Shown one piece after another: positions 36,478-45,787 of a stretch of 64,000 bases of DNA. Below the pieces are notes generated by a model. That model was not told where the DNA came from, made no database searches, and worked only from the letters and a program-made list of their open reading frames with translations. The position numbers and the translations under genes were made by a program. Within the stretch, counting starts at the first letter, position 1, and the number at the start of each line of letters is the position of its first letter. This DNA is from Candidatus Iainarchaeum sp. (GTDB lineage: Archaea > Iainarchaeota > Iainarchaeia > Iainarchaeales > JAZDFD01), in the NCBI GenBank assembly GCA_043808155.1, contig JAZDFD010000024.1, forward strand, positions 3,265-67,264, in the 5' to 3' direction.

Positions 36478-37767
36478 ATGACTACTAAATCTGTTATGAA
36501 AGAGTTTGATTCTGACCTGCATTTTCACGGGCTTTATTCAGGAGGCGTAAGTAAAAATATGCTTCCTGCTGTGATTGCGGAACAGGCTCAGCTTAAGGGA
36601 CTGGATATTGTAAGCACATCTGATATTTTACATGAGAAATGGAATTCTCAATGCAAAAAAGAACTTCTGGAAGAATCTAATGGTGTGTTTAAACACAGAA
36701 AATTTGATACTTATTTTATTTTAGGGACTGAAGCAGAAACAAATGACCGTGTGCATCATTTAATTTATTTTCCTGATTTTAGTTCTGCTGAAAATTTGAA
36801 AAAGAGTTTAGAGGGAAAAGGCATTTTTGATTCAATGGGATGCGGAAGACCGAGAATCAGAATTAATTCTGAAGAACTTACGGAAAAAGTAATTGATGCA
36901 AATGCAATCTTGGGACCAGCACATGCATTCACACCTTATTTTTCAATTTATGCACATCATAATTCAATGAGTGATTGTTATGGTTCAATGAAAGATAAAA
37001 TTTCATTTATGGAATTGGGTTTGAGTGCAGACACTTTTTTTGCAGATAAAATTTCAGACAATCATAATTATGTTTTTTTAACAAACTCAGATTCGCACAG
37101 TCCCTGGCCCCACAGAATTGGGCGTGAGTTTTCAAGAATTAAAATGTCAGAACCGAGTTTTAAAGAATTAAAAAATTCAGTTGAAAAAAGAAAAGAGAAT
37201 TTCATTTTAAATGTGGGTTTTGATCCGCGTGAGGGTAAGTATCACTGCACAGCATGTATTTCATGTTTTGAAAAATATTCGTTAAAAGAATCAGAATCCT
37301 TGAACTGGAAATGCCCAAAATGTAAAGCAGTAATTAAGAAGGGTGTGCGTGACAGAATTCTTGAATTAGCGGATTTGAAAAAAGAAGCACACCCAAAATT
37401 CAGACCAGCGTATATTCATTCAATTCCGTTAGCAGAAATAATTCAGATTGCTTATGGTGTGAAAGGAGTGAATACTGCCAAAGTGCAAAGTACATGGATG
37501 AAATTCATTGATTCTTTTGGTTCTGAAATTAATATTTTAGTTGATGAGCCAGTTGAAAACTTAGAACGCGTTGATGAGTTGGTTGCAAAAAAAATTAATT
37601 CTTTCAGAAAAGGTTTTGTTCATTACATTCCCGGCGGCGGTGGAAATTATGGTGTTCCAATTATTTGCAATTCAAAAGAAGATTTTGAAAATAAGAAAAA
37701 TGAATTAGCAGAAAAGCTAGAGTGTGCATCGGAGAATAAAAAACAGAAAAAGTTGGGTGAATTCTAA
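36478..37767 (+). CDS. endoQ: Endonuclease Q-like PHP-domain nuclease (TIGR00375 family)
   Basis: SDLHFHGLYSGGVSKNM...LKGLDIVSTSD PHP N-terminus, SDSHSP, and Zn finger CTAC...CPKC followed by GVRDRI. About 430 aa, like archaeal EndoQ. Confidence 0.65.
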   Translation: MTTKSVMKEFDSDLHFHGLYSGGVSKNMLPAVIAEQAQLKGLDIVSTSDILHEKWNSQCKKELLEESNGVFKHRKFDTYFILGTEAETNDRVHHLIYFPDFSSAENLKKSLEGKGIFDSMGCGRPRIRINSEELTEKVIDANAILGPAHAFTPYFSIYAHHNSMSDCYGSMKDKISFMELGLSADTFFADKISDNHNYVFLTNSDSHSPWPHRIGREFSRIKMSEPSFKELKNSVEKRKENFILNVGFDPREGKYHCTACISCFEKYSLKESESLNWKCPKCKAVIKKGVRDRILELADLKKEAHPKFRPAYIHSIPLAEIIQIAYGVKGVNTAKVQSTWMKFIDSFGSEINILVDEPVENLERVDELVAKKINSFRKGFVHYIPGGGGNYGVPIICNSKEDFENKKNELAEKLECASENKKQKKLGEF

Positions 37768-38540
37768 CGCACATAAGTCAAATCTTTATCATTTTCTTCT
37801 ACTCTGAGTTCTTCTAATTGTTTTGAAAGCTGAGTGAATGTTTTTTCAATTTGTTTTGCTTCTTTTTCTATGTTTTTCATGTCAATTTTAAAACCGTGCA
37901 TTTTCACAAGAAGTTCAAGAACTTTTTTTGCAGAACCGTGATCACCATAAATTAACTGAGAATTTGTTTCGCCCATTAAACATGCACCTTCGATTTTCTG
38001 GATTTTTGCAGAACCTAAAATTAAACCTGCGGCACCAGAAATAAGCCCTTCTTTTTTGTCAGTTACTGCACCCAATTTTGAAAGTTCATCAAGAAGTTTT
38101 TTAGAAGTTGCAGCTGCAATTACGCTTGGTTCTTTGTCAATTCTTCTGTCACCAATGTTTATTCCTGCAAGAGTATAAATTTTAGTTACACCTAAAATTT
38201 TTGCAACATTTACTATTTGTTCTGCAAATTCATAATGATTGGAAGTTGTACCTGCTCTGAAATCAAGACTTGGCTGAACAGGACCGACTAAAAACAAAAA
38301 ATCTTTTCCGTTTAAATTGTAATGAAAAATTTCATCAATAATTAAATTTATGAGTCCGTTTTTTGTGTGCACACTTGGAGGGAAGGAATCAGAATAAATT
38401 TCTGCAATTTTCTGAGTTTTGAGCTGACTCATTAAATAATCAACTGCAATTTTTCCCACAAGACCTATTCCGGGGAGCCCAGTAACTAAAACCGCATCTT
38501 GGAATTTCTTTTCTGTGAGTAGTTTTATTTTTGTAACCAT
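37764..38540 (-). CDS. PAC2-family proteasome assembly chaperone-like protein (PbaA/PbaB family)
   Basis: VTGLPGIGLVGKIAVDYL N-terminus and GAAGLILG motif; coiled-coil tail. Confidence 0.6.
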   Translation of the reverse strand: MVTKIKLLTEKKFQDAVLVTGLPGIGLVGKIAVDYLMSQLKTQKIAEIYSDSFPPSVHTKNGLINLIIDEIFHYNLNGKDFLFLVGPVQPSLDFRAGTTSNHYEFAEQIVNVAKILGVTKIYTLAGINIGDRRIDKEPSVIAAATSKKLLDELSKLGAVTDKKEGLISGAAGLILGSAKIQKIEGACLMGETNSQLIYGDHGSAKKVLELLVKMHGFKIDMKNIEKEAKQIEKTFTQLSKQLEELRVEENDKDLTYVR

Positions 38541-38560
38541 TTTATCACTAATCTCTAATG

Positions 38561-39334
38561 CTAATTTGCACGTTCAAATTCTGCAATTGCTTTGCCTGAT
38601 TTGAAATCATCAACAACAAGTCCTGAAACGTATTTTAAAACACGCTCAGCAACTTTGTAATCTGGTGAGGATACTTTTATAACATATTTTCCCGAACCAG
38701 AATAATAAATATCAATATGTGCATCTTTTGTTGATTTTTCTGCTTTTGATAATGTAGATTTTATTTTTTCAACACCGTTGGGTGCAGTAGACTGCAAAGT
38801 GAAAACACCTTTTACAGTTTTCATTGAAATTGAGACATTCTTTTCCACAAGATCGAGCAGTGGTTTTTGCCATTCTTTAGGAATCATTTTAATTGCATTT
38901 TCTTTTTCAGTTGCAATTTTCTGAAATGCATCATAAAGTGTTTCGTATTCTTTAATTAATGGTTCAGCAACCGCATCCCATGCATCATCAAACTCTTTTT
39001 TTTCATTAGTTGCTAAAAGTTCAATTAATCGTGTGTTTCTTATAAGCTGTTTGTATTCTTCGATTTTTAATCGTTGGATATTAGGAGAAACTTTGGTAAG
39101 TGATAAATCAATCTGATTTTTTTCCGGAGAAATTGCGATTACTTTTGCAGCTCTCATCTGGCCTTCTTTAGCAAAATTTCTTATGTTTTTTACCCAGCGT
39201 GAAGCTACTTCTGAAATATGCACAAAGCCTTTCTGGTTATCATATTCTAATAACTCAGCAAATACTCCGTAATCCATTACTTTTGTAATTTTGCATATTA
39301 CAATATCGCCTCTTTCAGGAACATCTTCATTCAA
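38561..39334 (-). CDS. Translation initiation factor aIF2 alpha subunit
   Basis: S1 domain (GDIVICKITKVMDYGVFAELLEYDNQKGFVHISEV), 257 aa. Confidence 0.85.
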   Translation of the reverse strand: MNEDVPERGDIVICKITKVMDYGVFAELLEYDNQKGFVHISEVASRWVKNIRNFAKEGQMRAAKVIAISPEKNQIDLSLTKVSPNIQRLKIEEYKQLIRNTRLIELLATNEKKEFDDAWDAVAEPLIKEYETLYDAFQKIATEKENAIKMIPKEWQKPLLDLVEKNVSISMKTVKGVFTLQSTAPNGVEKIKSTLSKAEKSTKDAHIDIYYSGSGKYVIKVSSPDYKVAERVLKYVSGLVVDDFKSGKAIAEFERAN

Positions 39335-39344
39335 ACTTATCCCC

Positions 39345-39539
39345 TTATTCCATTTCCTTTACAACTTTTGCTTTGAGTTCAATTCTTGAAGATTTACTTT
39401 TTGCAAGAAGCTGATTGCAGGCATTGCATTTCACATCAGACGCTGCTGAATTGAAAATTGTCTGTTCATTGCCGCAACCACTGCATTTTACTCTTATGAA
39501 TTTTGTTTTTGGGTTTGGTATTAAATTATCATTACTCAT
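39345..39539 (-). CDS. rps27e: Ribosomal protein eS27 (S27e)
   Basis: 64 aa; zinc ribbon CSGCGNEQ...CNAC. Confidence 0.85.
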   Translation of the reverse strand: MSNDNLIPNPKTKFIRVKCSGCGNEQTIFNSAASDVKCNACNQLLAKSKSSRIELKAKVVKEME

Positions 39540-39609
39540 AGAAAAATTTCGGTATTAAGTATTTATAAAGGGTATGGCGTGTTTCCGAAGTATTTCGCTC
39601 ACGATTTCA

Positions 39610-40158
39610 TTAAGCATCCTGAACTAATTTTCTTGATTTTAAAAGAAGTGCTACTTTTTCAGGGATTGTGACTTTTTGACCTTTTGAAAAAGGACCGTAT
39701 TCTTTCATGTCACTCCCGACAAAAGAGGGAATTTGTTTAAGAACTTCAACTTTTGTTTCGGTGGGTTTTGTTTTAGTTGATGATTTTTTGTTATTATTTG
39801 ATTCAAATATTTCGCTTAGAAAACCTCTGTGTTTTTCAAGAATTTTAAGCATTTCAGTGTAGGTTTTTTTCTCTTGTTTGCACATATTCTGTTCAGAGGT
39901 TTCTCCTGTTCTTGAAGCAGTTAACGCTTTGTTGAGAATTTTCTTTTCTCTTAATGAAAAAATTTCATCAACCATTTTTTTTAAGTTTGTAAAATCTCTT
40001 GCTTTAGTTATAGAAAAATCTTTGAGACTTTTTATGTATTCTTCTTTTTCTTCGCAAATGAATTCATTCAGCGAATCATAAAAATTAGGTTCAACTTCAA
40101 CTAAACGCGAGGTGCTTTTTTCCAATCTGTAAATTCTTCTTATTTCATCATAATCCAT
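39610..40158 (-). CDS. GINS subunit (Gins51/Gins15-like)
   Basis: N-terminal helical A-domain (IRRIYRLEK...FYDSL..), Ser/Thr/Lys linker, C-terminal B-domain (IPSFVGSDMKEYGPFSKGQKVTIPEKVALLL). Position directly downstream of priS. An alternative GTG start lies at 40173. Confidence 0.6.
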   Translation of the reverse strand: MDYDEIRRIYRLEKSTSRLVEVEPNFYDSLNEFICEEKEEYIKSLKDFSITKARDFTNLKKMVDEIFSLREKKILNKALTASRTGETSEQNMCKQEKKTYTEMLKILEKHRGFLSEIFESNNNKKSSTKTKPTETKVEVLKQIPSFVGSDMKEYGPFSKGQKVTIPEKVALLLKSRKLVQDA

Positions 40159-40169
40159 GTCCAAAAAAA

Positions 40170-41399
40170 TCACCTTAATTCTGCAGCACCTCTTGCAATC
40201 AGATAAATTGCAAGATACTCCGGGAGTGAAACTTCTGTATTTTCAAACTTCCCAAAGCTCTTTCCTTTAAACATTAATTCAGGTGCTTTGTTAATAAAAA
40301 CCCTTATCTCAGAGTCTGAGAAAACCAAAGCATCTGTGAAAGGATCGAATTCTTTCAGTTTTTCCCTTTCAATTGTTTTTGCAAGAAGCCCTGTTCCTCC
40401 GTGAATTGTGTCAGGAACTCTTACAATTTTGTGCATATCAATTGAGGTCTGTCTGTCAATGTCCAGTGCGACTTTTTTTCTTATGTGTTCTAAAAGTGCG
40501 TTCCAGAATTCAAGTTCTTTCGGGGTTCCTGAGGAAAGTAGAACATTCTGTTCCTGAATTTTTTTAAGTAGCAGTTCTTTATTGGGGATTAATTTTTTTG
40601 CTTTTATGACAGGTATGTTTCCTGCTTCTGCAATTGTTGATAAGTCATTTTCAGTTAAAAATTTAACAAGCGCTTCTGAAATTCTTTTTCCCCAGCCAAA
40701 ACTTTGTTTCATATCAGGACACAGCATCATTTTGTCTTTTTTTACAAAACCCAATGACGGAAAATTAAGATTGTTTGCAGTTAAATAATCCAGAAGTTCA
40801 ATTCTTGCTGTGTGGCTTAAAGTGTGAATTGCTTCATTTCTAATGTGCACGTGATAGCCTGCATTTCCTGAAAAATTAACTGTTAAACCAGTGAATCCAA
40901 AATCATTTTCTAAAAAATCAATTAATTTGAAAACTTGTTTTTTTGTTTCATTCAGACAGTCAGGACAGAACCATTGTGTTACTGATACGCGTTCTCCGCA
41001 GTTTGTGCATTTCTCCGGGTTTCCTGTTCCATCCAAATTACAGTTTTCACATGCCCAGGTATCATGTTTGTCTTTGCATTTTGTTTTTATGTCATCAGCA
41101 TCAAACTCGTAAATTAAATCTGCACCCTGAAGTTCTTTTGTGTTCATTGGTCTTTTTTCAGGAAATTTATAGTACGCGGAAGATGCAGAAATGTAAAAAG
41201 GCACGTCCTCGCGCAAAAAAGTGTTTAATTCATCATAGTTTTTGAACACCACATGCCTGTTTGAAATTTTTTTACCGTATGTTCCAAAACCAAATTCTCT
41301 TGTTTCTGGTTTTGGCGGTTCATTAACTGTGTTATTTTTGTAATAACTCTGAAATTTTTCTTTCAGGAATGTTTCTTCTCGTTCGCTCACTAACATCAC
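40170..41399 (-). CDS. priS: DNA primase small (catalytic) subunit PriS
   Basis: Catalytic LIYEFDADD, zinc knuckle CENC...CTNC..CPDC, GNAGYHVHI and RVPDTIHGGTG motifs. Confidence 0.85.
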   Translation of the reverse strand: MMLVSEREETFLKEKFQSYYKNNTVNEPPKPETREFGFGTYGKKISNRHVVFKNYDELNTFLREDVPFYISASSAYYKFPEKRPMNTKELQGADLIYEFDADDIKTKCKDKHDTWACENCNLDGTGNPEKCTNCGERVSVTQWFCPDCLNETKKQVFKLIDFLENDFGFTGLTVNFSGNAGYHVHIRNEAIHTLSHTARIELLDYLTANNLNFPSLGFVKKDKMMLCPDMKQSFGWGKRISEALVKFLTENDLSTIAEAGNIPVIKAKKLIPNKELLLKKIQEQNVLLSSGTPKELEFWNALLEHIRKKVALDIDRQTSIDMHKIVRVPDTIHGGTGLLAKTIEREKLKEFDPFTDALVFSDSEIRVFINKAPELMFKGKSFGKFENTEVSLPEYLAIYLIARGAAELR

Positions 41400-41474
41400 G
41401 CTTCTTTTGTTTGTATTTTACTTTTATTTTTGTTTTTTCACTCTTCTTTGGTTTGTTTGTTTATTTTGTTTTTT

Positions 41475-42521
41475 TCACGCGTCCTTAGTTTGTTTTTCAT
41501 TTTTCTTTTGTTTGTTCTTTTTTTCTTTTGCGAGTTCTCTTTTGTAATAACTTAAAGGATGTTTTACATTGCAGGTTTTTGAATTGCACAGAGTATATTC
41601 TTTTATTTTGACACAGCTTGGTGGTGTGTATTTTGTTCCTTTTTTCCCTGCAATTCTCTCAACCTGGTATTTTGTTGTGCTTTCTTTGTAATTGGGTGCT
41701 TTTTTGAAAATTTCAATTATTTCAGAACTTGGCATTTCAATACCTGCAAGGAATGTGGCAAGAAAAAAACGTGCAGAATGCGATATATTTTTTCCTTCCA
41801 GAATTGAATCATAAATTTCCGAAACACATGGGGGAAAATATTCTGGTTTTATTTTTCCTGTGAATTTGAATTCAGTATATCTTTTTTGAGATGCTATAAC
41901 ATCCAGTGCTAATTCTCGTGACATTGTTTTGAATTTTGAAGGCACATTATTTATGTCTGCGGGAAGTGAATCATAAATTCTTGTGAAAACTAATTCTGAG
42001 ATAAATCTCATGAAATCATTTTCATCCACATATACTTTTCCTGCTTTTACTTTCTGGTTTACAAGTTTCAAATAGTCTTCATTGAAATTAATTTTCAGAT
42101 AATCAAACAAATCCAAAGTTACAAAGAAATTCTCATCATTAGAAAGTGAAAATTTCAAATCCAAATCATCTGCTAAGTTGAGCAGAATTTCATTTCTGTT
42201 TTTCTCTTTTGAAAGATAATTGAATGTTGTTTTTGAAACCATCATTGCGAATTTTTCATTTAATGATGATTTGTTCAGGAAAGAAAGCAGAATTTTTGCA
42301 ACAGGGAATGCTAAAATTTCATTTTTTAAAAGTTCAGAGTGATTTATTTCCTCAACTTCGTATTCTTTTCCAATTGCAGCTAACTCAATCATTACTTTTG
42401 CACGTTTTATGGTTTCTATGGGCACCTCTTCCAGAGATAGATTCATTTCTCGGAGTACATTCTTCGCAGTGCGTGAAAAAGGGTATTTCTGAGAGAATTT
42501 GAGAGCTTCCACTGCAGCCAT
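41475..42521 (-). CDS. priL: DNA primase large subunit PriL
   Basis: 348 aa. Fe-S domain cysteines (FPPCV...; PPSCVKIKEYTLCNSKTCN). Adjacent to priS. Confidence 0.75.
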   Translation of the reverse strand: MAAVEALKFSQKYPFSRTAKNVLREMNLSLEEVPIETIKRAKVMIELAAIGKEYEVEEINHSELLKNEILAFPVAKILLSFLNKSSLNEKFAMMVSKTTFNYLSKEKNRNEILLNLADDLDLKFSLSNDENFFVTLDLFDYLKINFNEDYLKLVNQKVKAGKVYVDENDFMRFISELVFTRIYDSLPADINNVPSKFKTMSRELALDVIASQKRYTEFKFTGKIKPEYFPPCVSEIYDSILEGKNISHSARFFLATFLAGIEMPSSEIIEIFKKAPNYKESTTKYQVERIAGKKGTKYTPPSCVKIKEYTLCNSKTCNVKHPLSYYKRELAKEKKNKQKKNEKQTKDA

Positions 42522-42591
42522 GAATATATAGTGAATTGAAGGGTTTTAAAAGAATTCTAAGTGGATTTCCTGTGAATTTTTTCATCAGTAT

Positions 42592-43086
42592 TTATAATTT
42601 CTTAATTGCATTCAAAAGTAGAGTATATTCCGCAAGCATTGCTTTTTGCAGTTGAGGATTTGTTACGTCTCTTTTGATTCTTTCTATTTCCCTATTTATA
42701 ATAGCAATATTGTCTGTTTTCCCTATGGTCAAACCCAATTTTTCTGCAAAGTTTAATAGCATAGTAAGTCTTTGTTCATCAGGATTACGCATAATCTTGG
42801 TCAGCTGAGCTTCTAACTTTGGACTGAGTAAAATGAACTCACTAGTTTTTTCTTGTTTGGGAGGTATGCGTTTTTTTCTGGCGGGTGTGCTTTGCTGTGG
42901 TTTGGTGCGTGTGCTTTGCTGTGGTTTGGTGGGTGTGCTTTGCGGTGATTCGGTACTGGGGGGTAAGTTTAATGATTCCATAAGTAGTTTAGTTTTTAAG
43001 CGATCTAATTTTTCATCTGCCGCCCGAGGCCTTTGCACCTTTGGCTTCGCGTGTGGTAGGACTTTTTTTATTTTTGGTTTTGGCAT
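42592..43086 (-). CDS. Hypothetical basic protein with a P/Q/T-rich octapeptide repeat
   Basis: 164 aa. MPKPKIKK basic N-terminus, repeats QSTPTKPQ/QSTRTKPQ/QSTPARKK, helical C-terminus. Co-directional within the priL-PCNA string. Confidence 0.4.
   Translation of the reverse strand: MPKPKIKKVLPHAKPKVQRPRAADEKLDRLKTKLLMESLNLPPSTESPQSTPTKPQQSTRTKPQQSTPARKKRIPPKQEKTSEFILLSPKLEAQLTKIMRNPDEQRLTMLLNFAEKLGLTIGKTDNIAIINREIERIKRDVTNPQLQKAMLAEYTLLLNAIKKL
42885..42956 (-). repeat. 24-nt tandem repeat x3 (third copy diverged) inside the hypothetical gene
   Basis: Plus strand: gtgtgctttgctgtggtttggtgc / gtgtgctttgctgtggtttggtgg / gtgtgctttgcggtgattcggtac. Confidence 0.85.
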
Positions 43087-43126
43087 GTGTATATTAATGC
43101 ACAGTAAAATAAAAAGCTTTCTAGAA

Positions 43127-43855
43127 TCAGAGTATCATATGCGCCAGATGGAAAACAATTGGTGATTTTCCAATAATGTAGCTTACGCGCATTGGGGCAT
43201 CCGTTTTTAGTTCTAATGTGATTTTTTTGGTTGGGTCTGCTTCTTTTACAATGTTCTGTAAGAAATTAAGTGAAAATTTAGTTGTAACGTCTTTTGTGCT
43301 TTTAACTGAGATTTTACTCGCCTGTTTTGCAATTGATTTTAAGGTTCCCTGTGACCCCTTGGCACCGATTGAAAATTCATTTTTTTTAACATTTAAAACA
43401 ACTGAGCTTCCGAACAATGAGGCGTCTTTTAATGCTTCTTTCAGAATTCTTGCATTGATTTCAACTGTGGCATCTGCTTTATGCTGAGGTAAATTCACTT
43501 CGTCATCCTTAACATCAATCAGGGGGATCCTGAATGATCTGTTTAGTTCACCTTCCAGATCAATAAGGAAATCTGAATCTGTAATTGTCATTTTTAAGTT
43601 GTCTTCCGGAAGGATTCTGTTCATTATTTTGCTGAATTCATTTAAATCAAGACCAATGAAAGACGGTTCAACCTTATACTTGTCAAAAACAGACGGCTCA
43701 ATATGTAAATCAATTAAAACAACCTGGCTTGGGTCCATTGCTTTGAAGAAAACACCTTTATCATTGAATCGGAAATTGCCCTCACCTAAAAAGCCAGAAA
43801 TAGCATCAATTGGTTTTTTCCAGTATTCAACTTTCTTATTGCCTAGTTCAATCAT
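43127..43855 (-). CDS. pcn: PCNA sliding clamp, paralog 2
   Basis: 242 aa with the PCNA pattern: AISGFLGEGNF.F...G....AMDPSQVVLIDL, LKEALKDASLFG, LAHMI C-terminus. Confidence 0.8.
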   Translation of the reverse strand: MIELGNKKVEYWKKPIDAISGFLGEGNFRFNDKGVFFKAMDPSQVVLIDLHIEPSVFDKYKVEPSFIGLDLNEFSKIMNRILPEDNLKMTITDSDFLIDLEGELNRSFRIPLIDVKDDEVNLPQHKADATVEINARILKEALKDASLFGSSVVLNVKKNEFSIGAKGSQGTLKSIAKQASKISVKSTKDVTTKFSLNFLQNIVKEADPTKKITLELKTDAPMRVSYIIGKSPIVFHLAHMIL

Positions 43856-43922
43856 TGTAATCAGAGATACTTATGTCAAGAAGGATTTAAATTGGTTTTC
43901 TCTTTTTGAAAGAGTTTTCAGT

Positions 43923-44666
43923 TTACTGCTCAATTCTTGGTGCTAAAAAATAGGTAATTTGTGCATCTCCAAGAGCATAGGAGATTTTTACGGGTGCGTT
44001 GGTTTTAATGAACAGTTTTATATCTGAATCAGCAGGTGCAGCTTTGAGCATATCTGCCAAATATTCCAAAGGGAACATGCTGTGGGATTCCTGTTTAATG
44101 TTCAGTTCTTTCAGAGTTTCGTCATTCTTTAAAGTTTCATTGTAAACAGTTCCTTTGCTTGAGTTTGCCTTTACAAAAAAGGATTTTGAATCTGCACCTA
44201 AAGAAACATGAGTGGATATTAATGATGCGTCTTTTAATGCATCCTGAAGAACTGATGCTCGTAATGTAAGCTCAGCATCAAATTCAATCTTTGGATTGGG
44301 AATTTCATTTGAATTAATGTCAAGCAAGGGCATGACAAATTTACGTGATGATTTTCCCTTAAAAAGCAGAGAAAGCGAGTTTTTTTTATCATCAAGTTTT
44401 ATCTCAAGTTCATCTCCTGCTTTTGTGCGTGAGAGAATCTGTTTTAAGTATGCAAGATCCATTCCAAGTTTCGTCTTTTCCTTAACATGGAATTTTTTAA
44501 ATGCTTTTTTGCCCATTGTGAAATCAATCATTGAAATCTGACTGGGGTCTGTTGCTTTCAAAGTTAAAGTATCATTTTCTAAAACAAAATCTGCTTCATC
44601 AATAAGGACTGCAATTGCGTCAACGCATTTTTTGAAGTTCTCTGCTTTTTCAATTATTAATTCCAA
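43923..44666 (-). CDS. pcn: PCNA sliding clamp, paralog 1
   Basis: 247 aa: FKKCVDAIAVLIDEADF....TL.LKATDPSQISMIDF, LQDALKDASLIS, YFLAPRIE C-terminus. Confidence 0.85.
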   Translation of the reverse strand: MELIIEKAENFKKCVDAIAVLIDEADFVLENDTLTLKATDPSQISMIDFTMGKKAFKKFHVKEKTKLGMDLAYLKQILSRTKAGDELEIKLDDKKNSLSLLFKGKSSRKFVMPLLDINSNEIPNPKIEFDAELTLRASVLQDALKDASLISTHVSLGADSKSFFVKANSSKGTVYNETLKNDETLKELNIKQESHSMFPLEYLADMLKAAPADSDIKLFIKTNAPVKISYALGDAQITYFLAPRIEQ

Positions 44667-44718
44667 AAAATCACCACTTTACTATAACTATTAAACTAGA
44701 CAATGAATAAAAACATTC

Positions 44719-45444
44719 CTAACAAATGCCCCTGTAATTCTCGGGGAGATTGCCAGTTATTATTACACTTCCCAAATTATCAAAAAGCCATAGCTTTACA
44801 CAGCCCACAAAAGGAATTTTCAGTAATGCTTTTCCATCAAGTTCTGAAACAGGTACGGGAAACAGGGAAATGCATTGTTTGCTGGAAATTGTGCATTCCT
44901 GATCAATCACATTATTGTTATCGCCTTTTGTAACAACATAAGTCCCGTCTCCAGCATTCAATTTAGCCATTACCCTGTGGATTATTGGCTGCTGTCTGAG
45001 ATTTGAAAAATAAACTACGATGTCATTAGTTGTGTTAAATGGAATTTCAGTTCCATTTTTGAAAATAATTTTTTTTGAGACATAATCTGTGTTTGCAACA
45101 TCATTCAAATATGTATTTTGTAAAGTTCTTGTGTCAATATCAACTTCAGGTGCAACAAGTGTTGCAGGTGTTGTTCCCTGTAAAACAATCACATCGCCTC
45201 TGTAATAAACTGGTTCCATTGAACCACTGACTACAATAACCATCGGACTTGATGTGCCCAAAACAAATCCTAAAATAGAATAGATTGCTAATGCAAAAAC
45301 AAATGCACTTACAATATAAACAACCCATGAAATTAGTTCATTTTCATCTGGATTTAACACAGGCATTAAAAAAAGATCAACATAATGGAACGGGTCAAGG
45401 TATTTTAAAAATCCCAATTTTGCCTTTATCGCCTTTAGACCCAT
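44719..45444 (-). CDS. Signal peptidase I (archaeal/eukaryal S26B Sec11-like)
   Basis: SGSMEPVYYRGDVIVL (catalytic Ser), IIHRV, TKGDNN. Confidence 0.75.
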   Translation of the reverse strand: MGLKAIKAKLGFLKYLDPFHYVDLFLMPVLNPDENELISWVVYIVSAFVFALAIYSILGFVLGTSSPMVIVVSGSMEPVYYRGDVIVLQGTTPATLVAPEVDIDTRTLQNTYLNDVANTDYVSKKIIFKNGTEIPFNTTNDIVVYFSNLRQQPIIHRVMAKLNAGDGTYVVTKGDNNNVIDQECTISSKQCISLFPVPVSELDGKALLKIPFVGCVKLWLFDNLGSVIITGNLPENYRGIC

Positions 45445-45469
45445 TCAATCACATCAAGAATATGTGAAC

Positions 45470-45745
45470 TCAGCTTAAACTTTTCTTTGAATTTTGTTTG
45501 AAATCTGCGAGTTCTTTTTCGATTTCTGAAATTGCATCAGTTAATGCTTTTTTTGCTTTTTTACCTTTTGTTTTGAGAATGAATTTTGAATCCGGATCCA
45601 TAGGATGTTCTAATTTGTACGAAACAAATTCAACACTTGAATCACTTAGAAGTGTTTCTCTCAGAAGGTTTGGCACAGTGTGCCTTGTTTTTTTCATTAT
45701 GAATTCCAAATGTTCGGGTTTATCAACTAATATTTCAATCTCCAC
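45470..45745 (-). CDS. rpoL: RNA polymerase subunit Rpo11 (RpoL)
   Basis: 91 aa; LEFIMKKTRHTVPNLLRETLL....VEFVSYKLEHP pattern. Confidence 0.7.
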   Translation of the reverse strand: MEIEILVDKPEHLEFIMKKTRHTVPNLLRETLLSDSSVEFVSYKLEHPMDPDSKFILKTKGKKAKKALTDAISEIEKELADFKQNSKKSLS

Positions 45746-45787
45746 AATCTCACCTAGTTTTTCTTATTTTTCACAACACTATTAATC

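Noticed and set aside
37764-37778. C-terminal HbYX proteasome-docking motif on the PAC2-family protein (ends ...LTYVR)
   Set aside because: The Tyr is at position -3, not the penultimate position, so the canonical hydrophobic-Tyr-X tripeptide is not present. I make no claim.
42833-43165. 110-aa plus-strand ORF with a Cys/Gly/Leu-rich repeat (VLCCGLV x3)
   Set aside because: It is the mirror image of the 24-nt repeat in the minus-strand ORF 42592..43086, and it runs into the 3' end of the PCNA gene. The minus-strand frame is co-directional with its neighbours and has a more protein-like C-terminal domain.
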